From Lachnospiraceae bacterium (GTDB lineage Bacteria; Bacillota; Clostridia; Lachnospirales; Lachnospiraceae), in assembly GCA_017399885.1 (NCBI GenBank), contig JAFQAU010000264.1:6411-70410 (forward strand): a stretch of DNA of 64,000 nt, read 5' to 3'. A program made the translations under genes and the position numbers. Within the stretch, counting starts at the first letter, position 1. Each line of letters begins with the position of its first letter. Under the pieces are notes generated by a model. The model searched no databases, was not told the origin of the DNA, and saw nothing but the letters and a program-made list of their open reading frames with translations. This document shows positions 56,434 to 64,000 of the stretch, piece by piece.

Positions 56434-58887
56434 CTATAACTCTACTTTTATTTTCTCCAAATGCCAGATATCTTTTGCGTATTCTTCTATTGTTCTATCC
56501 GAAGAGAATTTACCACATTTTGCTGTATTTAATATGGCAGATTTCGCCCAACCTGCTTCATCTCTATATGCTTTCTCCACTTTTTTCTGTGCTGCTTCGT
56601 AGGAACGGAAATCTTTTAGGATAAAGTACTGGTCTGCCCTTTCTCCACCATTCTTCTCTAATAAAGAGTTATATATCTCACGGAATAACTCCGGATTGTC
56701 CTTAGAATAAAATCCATTAATCAACTGGGTTAATACCGTACGTATATCCTGATCGATATTATATATATCCTTTGGATTATATTGGTTATTGTGCTCATAT
56801 GCAATTACCTCATCTGAGCTTAATCCAAAGATAAATGCATGCTCTTCTCCAACCTCTTCCACAATCTCTACGTTAGCTCCGTCCATGGTTCCAAGGGTTA
56901 ATGCTCCATTTAACATAAATTTCATATTACCTGTACCGGAAGCTTCCTTACTTGCAGTAGAAATCTGCTCTGAAACATCTGCTGCTGCAAATATCCATTC
57001 TGCATTGGATACTCTGTAATCTTCTATAAATACTACCTTGATCTTTCCATCAATAGATGTATCATTATTAATCACGTCTCCAACGCTGTTTATTAACTTA
57101 ATAATTGCTTTCGCTCTACGATAACCAGCAGATGCCTTTGCACCAAAAATAAATGTTCTTGGATAGAAATCCATAGAAGGATTCTTCTTTAACTCATTGT
57201 ATATATGCATTATATGCAGAATATTCAATAACTGACGCTTATATTCATGAAGTCTCTTAACCTGTACATCGAAAATAGAACGCGGATCTACTTCAATACC
57301 ATTATGGTCTTTAATGTATTTTGCTAAACGTACCTTGTTCTGGTACTTAATCTGCATAAACTCTCTCTGACATTTTTCATCATCTGCATAAATAGCCAAT
57401 TTATCAATATGTGACAAATCGGTAATCCAATCAGAACCAATCTTACTGGTTACCCAGTCTGCTAATAGTGGGTTACCATGTAACAGGAATCTTCTTTGTG
57501 TAATACCATTGGTCTTATTATTGAACTTTTCTGGCATCATCTGATAGAAGTCTTTTAATTCCTGATTCTTAAGAATCTCTGTATGCAATCTTGCTACACC
57601 ATTTACGGAGAAGCTTGCAGCAATTGCAAGATGAGCCATCTTTACCTGCCCATCATATATGATTGCCATCTTCTTTACTTTCTCATAATCATTTGGATAC
57701 ACTTCTTGTATCTTCATAATAAATCTCTTATTGATTTCTTCCACAATTTGATAAATACGAGGAAGTAATCTTGAGAACAATTCTAATGGCCATTTCTCAA
57801 GAGCCTCCGACATAATGGTGTGGTTGGTATAAGCACATGTCTTGTTAGTTACCTCCCATGCTTCATCCCATTCTAAACCATACTCATCTAATAATATCCT
57901 CATGAACTCTGCTACTGTAACTGTTGGATGGGTATCATTCAACTGGAAGCATACTTTTTCATGAATATTACGAATATCATCATGGGTCTGCATATATTTC
58001 GTAACAGCTCTTTGAATACTTGCTGATACAAAGAAATACTGCTGCTTTAAGCGTAGCTCTTTACCGGCATAGTGATTATCATTTGGATACAGTACTTCAC
58101 AAATAGTTCTGGCAAGATTCTGCTGCTCTACCGCTTTTTGATAATCTCCTTTATCAAAGGAATCTAAGCTAAAGGTATCTATAGCCTCTGCATCCCAAAT
58201 ACGCAACGTATTTACCATGTTATTGTTGTAGCCTACAATTGGCAAATCGTACGGTATGGCTCTTACAGACTGGTAATTCTCCTGTACATATTTCTCTTTT
58301 CCATTCTCGTCTCTATAAACGGCTACATGCCCGCCAAATTTAACCTCTACTGCATATTCAGCTCTCTTCATTTCAAATGGATTGCCATGCTTTAACCAAT
58401 CATCCGGTGTTTCTATCTGGAATCCATTTTCAATCTTCTGTTTGAACATTCCATACTTGTAACGAATACCACAACCATACGCAGGATACCCCAAAGTTGC
58501 CAACGAATCTAAGAAACACGCAGCAAGTCTTCCAAGACCACCATTTCCAAGTGCTGCATCCGGTTCCTGATCCTCAATTACATCTAAATCTAAACCTAAC
58601 TCTTCTATGGCCTCTTTAATCGCCTGATTTCCTTTTAAATTAATAATGATGTTCCCTAAAGCTCTCCCCATTAAGAATTCCATGGATAAATAATATACAA
58701 TCTTTTTATCTTCCTTCTCAAACTGTTTGTGGGAAGCCATCCACTGATCCACTACAATATCCTTTGCAGCATAAGCTACAGCTTGAAATAATTGTTGCTG
58801 ATCTGCTTCCTCCACAGAACGTCTGAATAATACCTTTAGATTATCTACCACATTTTGTTTAAATTCTTCTTTACTTATTTCTGCCAT
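56434..58887 (-). CDS. glgP: Glycogen/maltodextrin phosphorylase
   Basis: EASGTGNMKFMLNG PLP-lysine motif. Start trimmed to MAEISKEEF after a GGAGGGG RBS. Confidence 0.95.
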   Translation of the reverse strand: MAEISKEEFKQNVVDNLKVLFRRSVEEADQQQLFQAVAYAAKDIVVDQWMASHKQFEKEDKKIVYYLSMEFLMGRALGNIIINLKGNQAIKEAIEELGLDLDVIEDQEPDAALGNGGLGRLAACFLDSLATLGYPAYGCGIRYKYGMFKQKIENGFQIETPDDWLKHGNPFEMKRAEYAVEVKFGGHVAVYRDENGKEKYVQENYQSVRAIPYDLPIVGYNNNMVNTLRIWDAEAIDTFSLDSFDKGDYQKAVEQQNLARTICEVLYPNDNHYAGKELRLKQQYFFVSASIQRAVTKYMQTHDDIRNIHEKVCFQLNDTHPTVTVAEFMRILLDEYGLEWDEAWEVTNKTCAYTNHTIMSEALEKWPLELFSRLLPRIYQIVEEINKRFIMKIQEVYPNDYEKVKKMAIIYDGQVKMAHLAIAASFSVNGVARLHTEILKNQELKDFYQMMPEKFNNKTNGITQRRFLLHGNPLLADWVTSKIGSDWITDLSHIDKLAIYADDEKCQREFMQIKYQNKVRLAKYIKDHNGIEVDPRSIFDVQVKRLHEYKRQLLNILHIMHIYNELKKNPSMDFYPRTFIFGAKASAGYRRAKAIIKLINSVGDVINNDTSIDGKIKVVFIEDYRVSNAEWIFAAADVSEQISTASKEASGTGNMKFMLNGALTLGTMDGANVEIVEEVGEEHAFIFGLSSDEVIAYEHNNQYNPKDIYNIDQDIRTVLTQLINGFYSKDNPELFREIYNSLLEKNGGERADQYFILKDFRSYEAAQKKVEKAYRDEAGWAKSAILNTAKCGKFSSDRTIEEYAKDIWHLEKIKVEL

Positions 58888-58963
58888 TACAAAACCCCTC
58901 CATATTGTCCCTTTCCATATATTATATTTTTTACCCAATTATTCCATTTTATAAACAATTGGA

Positions 58964-59596
58964 TTATTTTTTTCTGTTTAGCATCTGATTTTTCATAACA
59001 TATCTTGCTAATTCCTCACTCGGCTGTCCCAATGCACAACCATATACATATTCTTTGCGATTCTCATCTACTAATTGTATACGAACCACATGCCCACACA
59101 ATCGCATAAATTTACCTTCTGTAACCTCTAGTCTTACCTCTATACGTTTGTTCATTTCCAGCTCTTCATTGCTAACTACAGCAAATCCACCTTCACTAAC
59201 ATCCTTTAGTACCATCTTAATCGCTCTGGCCCCTTCCGCAAATGTAACAGAAGCCAGTGTCTCTTTACCAATAAACAAACGATATGCTCCTCTACGATTA
59301 ATATGCTCCGCATTGGTATCGCTCAATGTAACCTTATAATACACTTCCTGTTTTAAAGTAACCTTCTCAATCTTCACATCTGACCAAACATATAGTTTGC
59401 TTTGTTGCATATAGAAAAGATTCGCTATCATTTCCTGAGAAAATTGCGCAAAAGAACCATCTGCTTCTAAAATCTTCTCTACCAAAACGATATTATTCTT
59501 AATTGCCACTATTTTTGTGTCGTATTTTCTTACTTCACCACCCAAATAATACTCCAGCTTTACGGGTGTATTTCCTTTTAATTCACTTATATTCAT
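58964..59596 (-). CDS. PilZ-domain (c-di-GMP-binding) protein, YcgR-like
   Basis: RRGAYRL (RxxxR) and KDVSEGGFAV (DxSxxG). Confidence 0.8.
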   Translation of the reverse strand: MNISELKGNTPVKLEYYLGGEVRKYDTKIVAIKNNIVLVEKILEADGSFAQFSQEMIANLFYMQQSKLYVWSDVKIEKVTLKQEVYYKVTLSDTNAEHINRRGAYRLFIGKETLASVTFAEGARAIKMVLKDVSEGGFAVVSNEELEMNKRIEVRLEVTEGKFMRLCGHVVRIQLVDENRKEYVYGCALGQPSEELARYVMKNQMLNRKK

Positions 59597-60100
59597 ATAG
59601 CATCCCTCATTCTCTCTTAATGGCGAATAAAAGTTCTAATGCATCCTTGCTTTCCTTTCTTGTAGGTAACCCCGTAATAAAACTTTTCAAGTAACATTAT
59701 ATACTTTTTTTACAATCATTACAAGCTTTTTCATGCGTTTTGCACAAAGATTTCATTATATCTTTATAATTATTACATAGTTTTTAACAAATTATTGTAT
59801 TTTTATTAACTTTCCTAAAGTAGATTGTATGGAAGTAGATTATTTTTTCTATACCCATCACTTTTTAATCCATTTCATCCCTATCAAAGAAAAAACACAC
59901 TTTCTCCACAGCACAAATGCTATAAAAATAATGCGTTCTTCTTAAAAATATTCTGTTTTGATTTCAGATGTCCTTATATGGAGGCATAAAGAATGACAAT
60001 ATCCCTCATTTCCATTAAACACGGTATCTCGAATCTCATGAAAGTTTTTTGTTTCTATATCACACCGTAGCCCGTAATACATACCTTGTACACCCTCAGC

Positions 60101-60131
60101 GTAACAGTTAAGCCGCAAGGCTAAACTGTTA
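60101..60131. repeat. GTAACAGTT-family hairpin
   Basis: GTAACAGTTAAGCCGCAAGGCTAAACTGTTAC, almost the reverse complement of 63018-63049. Confidence 0.8.
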
Positions 60132-60241
60132 CAAATATGCCAAACCACAGCTTGCAACCGTTGCTATTGCGCTAACTGCAACTAGAGCACCGCTGACCGT
60201 TTGCATAAAGCCTTCGTAAAGCGGACATTCGGAATCCGCTT

Positions 60242-60335
60242 CGCTACTTCCTCATGAACGCAGATTGCTTCGCAATACATCAGATGGGGCTTTTTTTCCC
60301 CATCTGATACGAGCATCCCCTTGTCCTCACTTAAT
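60242..60335 (+). repeat. ATCAGATG-hairpin element, copy 2
   Basis: See 23389-23475. Confidence 0.8.
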
Positions 60336-60345
60336 ACTACTCATT

Positions 60346-61143
60346 TTAAGATTGGGGATTGCTCGTTCTGCGTTCAAATCTTTTTTCACTTTCCAGTTCT
60401 TCATAGATTTCCCGGCTAATCTGGTTTTGATGCTCTATTGCTTCCTGTATACCGGTTGCATTTACTTGGTTATATACCTGGGATTTTTCCAATGCTTCAT
60501 ACAGATCTAAAAAATGGGCTTTCTCATTCAAGACTCGCTTGCGAGTCTTGGCGTGGAATTCGGGTCAGCTTTTGCTGACAAAGTTCTTATCCGAATTCCT
60601 GCGCATCCTTGCGTGGAGTATATCAGACGGGAGTCCCTCCCGTCTGATATACTCCCCTGTTTGATAGCGTTCTATATGACGGTCATGGTTCTTATAATCC
60701 TGAATCAGATTTTTTGTTGCAAATATTAACTTTTCTAATTCAGAGATTTCATTGTTGCAAAAATCTGCATCCAACATAGCAATCATATCCTCTTTTTTGT
60801 TGATGTAACTTTTTACATCATCGAAGCTTTCCGCTAAGCTGGTGGTATCAATAAGCTCTAAGTCTATAATATCCTGCACACTTTTTAGGCTCGCATTCAC
60901 TTCATCTATCACACTATCTAAGTCAAAAAATACCATGTTCATGTGATTCTTTGGCTCATCCATACCTGCTTGTGGTATGCGAGCTGTTGGAGAAGCATCA
61001 ACTTCTGATACAAACAATTCTGCATATAAATTAATCTTATTGAAAAAGTCACTTTCAACTGTAATCATAGAGCTTATAAGAATGGGATAAACTTGTCCAA
61101 AATAGTTTTTTATACTCTCTGCTGCAATTCCCACTACCTCCAA
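60346..61143 (-). pseudogene. LXG-domain toxin gene fragment, 5-prime truncated and interrupted by a palindromic insertion
   Basis: GIAAESIKNYFGQVYPILISSMITVESDFFNKINLYAELF aligns with GKAAINIKDYFQEVHQTILSSIRMILDDFYSKINLYANQF of 30297-31355. Homology resumes after the insertion (AHFLDLYEAL...IQEAIEHQ). Confidence 0.7.
60529..60655. repeat. About 125-bp triple-palindrome insertion inside the LXG fragment
   Basis: CAAGACTCGCTTGCGAGTCTTG (60529-60550), GGAATTCGG...CCGAATTCC (60555-60599) and GGAGTATATCAGACGGGAGTCCCTCCCGTCTGATATACTCC (60615-60655). Confidence 0.75.
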
Positions 61144-61705
61144 TAAAAACTCGTATCATTACTGTAACAAGTAACATTCCTACCATAGGCAATAATGCTA
61201 AAAATAAATTTGTATTATTTTTTTGAGGTTTTGCCAAAGGATTTTTAATGGAGATTCCTTCCGTAGATAATACCGTCTGTATTCTGGTATTCCTTATAAA
61301 TACCGGATAAGTACTATTATCCGCTTCTTTGTCCTTATTTACAGCTTCTTTATCTACAAGTTTTAACAACATTCCATTCTGTAATCCTTGCTCCCAAAGA
61401 CTTTTACTTCCTTCAAAACACAGATATGGTCTTTCGCACAATGATAATTTAACAATTTCTTCTTTTAAATACCAAAATATCTCTTTTAAATCCCTATTTT
61501 GTCTAAATAAATATTCTAATGCTATTTCTTTTGATATTTCATCATATTTTTCGTATTTGATCGAACCTTCTGTATAATACTCTATCAATCCAGTACGTTT
61601 CCATCTTGAATTATCTCCGAAAACATATTCATAATTTTTTCTCCCACAAGACTTAACAATTACATCCATATTTTCCTCATCTAATAAACGCATATATTTT
61701 TCCAT
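61055..61705 (-). CDS. Hypothetical protein (candidate immunity protein); its 3-prime end is fused out of frame into the LXG fragment
   Basis: Good RBS (AGGAGA). Soluble N-terminal domain plus one TM. The last 25 or so codons overlap the LXG-homologous DNA in another frame. Confidence 0.45.
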   Translation of the reverse strand: MEKYMRLLDEENMDVIVKSCGRKNYEYVFGDNSRWKRTGLIEYYTEGSIKYEKYDEISKEIALEYLFRQNRDLKEIFWYLKEEIVKLSLCERPYLCFEGSKSLWEQGLQNGMLLKLVDKEAVNKDKEADNSTYPVFIRNTRIQTVLSTEGISIKNPLAKPQKNNTNLFLALLPMVGMLLVTVMIRVFIGGSGNCSREYKKLFWTSLSHSYKLYDYS

Positions 61706-61707
61706 AT

Positions 61708-62202
61708 CTATCTCCTATAATTTTGTATCAGATTAATATTCTTTGGAACTTTAATATTTTCTGAAAGCTCAAACATTTTATCTTCAATTTTAAAATATTC
61801 TTCTGTATCTCACATGAAAACTCTTGCCTGTTCGTACAACCCATGCATTTCCGAACTATTCTTCAATGCAAAGCTTTCTGGTGTATGAAATTGAAGCTCA
61901 AATATCTGACCTTCTGGTGATTTTACTTGTGCATTGATTCCATTATAAGGATTTGTTTCATCAATCCATGTATTCTTTAGCTTAATAACTTTATATCCTC
62001 TAGATTCTAAGTCTGATATTGTTTTTTTTGTTGTTTCTACTAAATTCTCTGGTTCCTGTATTTCTGTATATCGTACAATATCATGAATCTCTAATATAGG
62101 CGTTGATTTAGGTCTTAAATAAACTTTCTCAAATACTGATGAAGGACTCTTTATTCTGTATTCAAGCCCATCTAAATAGCCTCCATTTTTTATTACTATA
62201 AT
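61708..62202 (-). pseudogene. Orphan toxin C-terminal-module fragment with no start codon and an in-frame stop
   Basis: My translation is NGGYLDGLEYRIKSP...GQIFELQFHTPESFALKNSSEMHGLYEQARVFM, then a stop at 61810-61812, then DTEEYFKIEDKMFEL. No ATG/GTG/TTG near the 5-prime end. Confidence 0.45.
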
Positions 62203-62432
62203 TCATCTTCATATGGCAATCGTACCATATTTACAAAACGGTCTTCAATTGCACCCAGTAATTTATAATTTTTTTTTGCTGTATTTAAAGAAACTTTATT
62301 CGGTCCTATAATTTTATCAGGCTTATCTTGAGCATCTTCATCATATTGCCAAAAACAAACCTCACAAACATCTGTAATAACTTCACAACAATCTTCAATT
62401 GTTAAACATCCACAACATGGACATCTCTTCAT
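62196..62432 (-). CDS. Cysteine-rich CPCC-family protein (immunity-type)
   Basis: MKRCPCCGCLTIEDCCEVITDVCEVCFWQYD matches the CPCC family signature. Confidence 0.7.
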   Translation of the reverse strand: MKRCPCCGCLTIEDCCEVITDVCEVCFWQYDEDAQDKPDKIIGPNKVSLNTAKKNYKLLGAIEDRFVNMVRLPYEDEL

Positions 62433-62454
62433 AATGATTCACACTCCTTAACAT

Positions 62455-62988
62455 TTATTTTGGTGCATACTTTTCTATTTGTTCTAACCAATAATCCATT
62501 TTATCATCTGGTTTAAAATATGTTGATATTCCACCATATTCATTTATTATACCAAACTCATTAGTCGCTGTATCGTATCTAAAATATGTTCCTTCATTAG
62601 ATACAAAAGATTGTGTAGTTGAGGTTGGATTCTTCTCCAAAAAGTTTCTTGCATCTTTTAAGTATTCTTCTGGAGATGTATATCCATGCTTGCCTGCATG
62701 CTTATTTAATGTACTTTTACCTTTACCATTTACAAAATCTACATCTGCCTTTCTTGTTCCTTTATATAATTGACATCCAAAGTTACTACCACTCTCACCA
62801 ATACTTTTACCATACACCGTCTCATTCTTCGGCACATCATCCAAATCTCTAACCTTTATCCTCTGTCCATCTGGCGTTATATACTCATACGAATACAGCT
62901 CTCCATTTTTGATTTTTCTGACTGTGTCTTTCGCTTCTCCAATATATTTGTTTATATTTATCTTTTCATCTATCCATACTTTTTGCAA
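62455..62988 (-). CDS. Candidate polymorphic-toxin C-terminal domain (class not recognised), detached from its LXG carrier
   Basis: TTG start only. The frame stays open upstream into the repeat element. Basic and Gly-rich with KHAGKHGY. Followed 22 bp later by the CPCC gene. Confidence 0.45.
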   Translation of the reverse strand: MQKVWIDEKININKYIGEAKDTVRKIKNGELYSYEYITPDGQRIKVRDLDDVPKNETVYGKSIGESGSNFGCQLYKGTRKADVDFVNGKGKSTLNKHAGKHGYTSPEEYLKDARNFLEKNPTSTTQSFVSNEGTYFRYDTATNEFGIINEYGGISTYFKPDDKMDYWLEQIEKYAPK

Positions 62989-63017
62989 ATATACTTTATA
63001 TTTCGCTGTATTCTTAG

Positions 63018-63165
63018 GTAACAGTTCAACCTTGCGGCTTAACTGTTACGTTGTAAGTCCATATAAAATCGGGCAAAATCAGCCCGATGGACTTACAACC
63101 TATATAATGTACTGTATTGGTACGTGGACAATCAACAGGGTGATTGCCCCTGGCTGAATAGTTAC
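63018..63165 (+). repeat. 148-bp three-hairpin composite element, copy A
   Basis: GTAACAGTT hairpin, then GTTGTAAGTCCAT...ATGGACTTACAAC, then GCAATCA...TGATTGCCCCTGG. Near-identical to 63841-63988. Confidence 0.85.
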
Positions 63166-63840
63166 ACTCTTAGTTACAAGATTACCTACCTTTATGATAG
63201 TCCCATGAATTTCTGAACCTACTTTTATAAACTTTTTTCCAAATTTTGTTACCATTTTCCCAGTGACTACAGGAATAAACATACAGACTACTGAAATTTT
63301 TTGTTCCATTTTGCTCAGTTTTTCTCCTGTCACCAAGTCTACTCCGGTTATAGCTTCTTGTACATCTTTTATATCTCCTACTACCGGTACGGTGCTTATC
63401 CCTACGGATGCCGCACCTTCCATGGCTTCTTCTGTTTGTTGGGATTTTAAAAGAGCTCTTTCCAGTTTTTCACTAAGCTCCCATTGTTTCTGGATTGCTT
63501 CTTCTATCTCTTTTCCATTCTCGTCATAATACTTTTCACAAATTTCTTTCATGTCTTTTAAGTGCAGGTAAGCTTGTGTATGAAAGTAGCTTCCTGTTTC
63601 GTAATCCGTTATATTACGCTTTTCCGACTGTTGGGATTTGATATAATTTCTGGTATCTCTAATTAATCCATCTAAAGCTTCTACCTCATTCTCACAAAAA
63701 TCAGAATCCAGTTGCGCTATCTTCCATTCCATTTCTGTCAAATCTTCGATTCTTTTCTCATAGTCCATTCGTATGGCATCTGTGAATAAAGGCTGTATTT
63801 CCACTATATCCTCTATAGATCGTAAATCTGCATTAATATC
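63166..63840 (-). pseudogene. Internal LXG/PT-TG fragment (equivalent to residues about 125-347 of 30297-31355)
   Basis: DINADLRSIEDIVEIQ is identical in both copies. PT-TG motif PVVGDIKDVQEAITGVDLVTGEKL. Roughly 85 percent DNA identity by eye. Both ends abut the 148-bp element. Confidence 0.75.
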
Positions 63841-63988
63841 ACAACTGTTCAGCCTCGCGACTGAACAGTTGCGTTGTAAGTCCATATAAAATCGGGCAAA
63901 ATCAGCCCGATGGACTTACAACCTATATAATGTACTGTATTGGTACGTGGGCAATCAGCGAGGTGATTGCCCCTGGATGAACAGTTAC
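63841..63988 (+). repeat. 148-bp three-hairpin composite element, copy B
   Basis: Direct repeat of copy A at an 823-bp offset. Confidence 0.85.
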
Positions 63989-64000
63989 TTAATGGCTTTT

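Noticed and set aside
59942-60157. 71-aa minus-strand ORF
   Set aside because: It reads through the GTAACAGTT hairpin at 60101-60131 and has no RBS. At most it is a relic of a degraded cassette gene.

Overview
AT-rich, mostly minus-strand chromosomal segment. Gene content suggests a low-GC Firmicute of Clostridia/Lachnospiraceae type; this is inference, since no database search was possible. Ordinary content: five two-component systems, four ABC-2-type exporter operons, a fused amino-acid ABC importer, a GH13 lipoprotein, glgP, a sortase, a RelE/Phd pair and a PilT-containing pilus-like operon. I found no rRNA, tRNA or CRISPR.

Three things stand out:
1. At 23.5-39.9 kb, a Spo0A-paralog response regulator sits beside an AgrC-like kinase. 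A conserved promoter cassette with 10-bp-phased TGTCG(G/A) boxes, resembling Spo0A 0A boxes, recurs at five loci. It fronts two operons that begin with a small secreted protein followed by ABC genes, an LXG toxin gene and an orphan ABC ATPase. An IS1380-type element cuts through this island.
2. At 60.1-64 kb there is a decayed array of LXG polymorphic-toxin cassettes. It holds LXG fragments, orphan toxin C-terminal modules and a CPCC-type immunity gene, and it is interleaved with structured repeat elements.
3. Several families of dispersed hairpin repeats occupy the intergenic regions: GTAACAGTT...AACTGTTAC hairpins, a 225-bp four-hairpin element, a 148-bp three-hairpin element and ATCAGAYGGG hairpins.

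All family assignments come from motifs read by eye and need HMM or BLAST confirmation.
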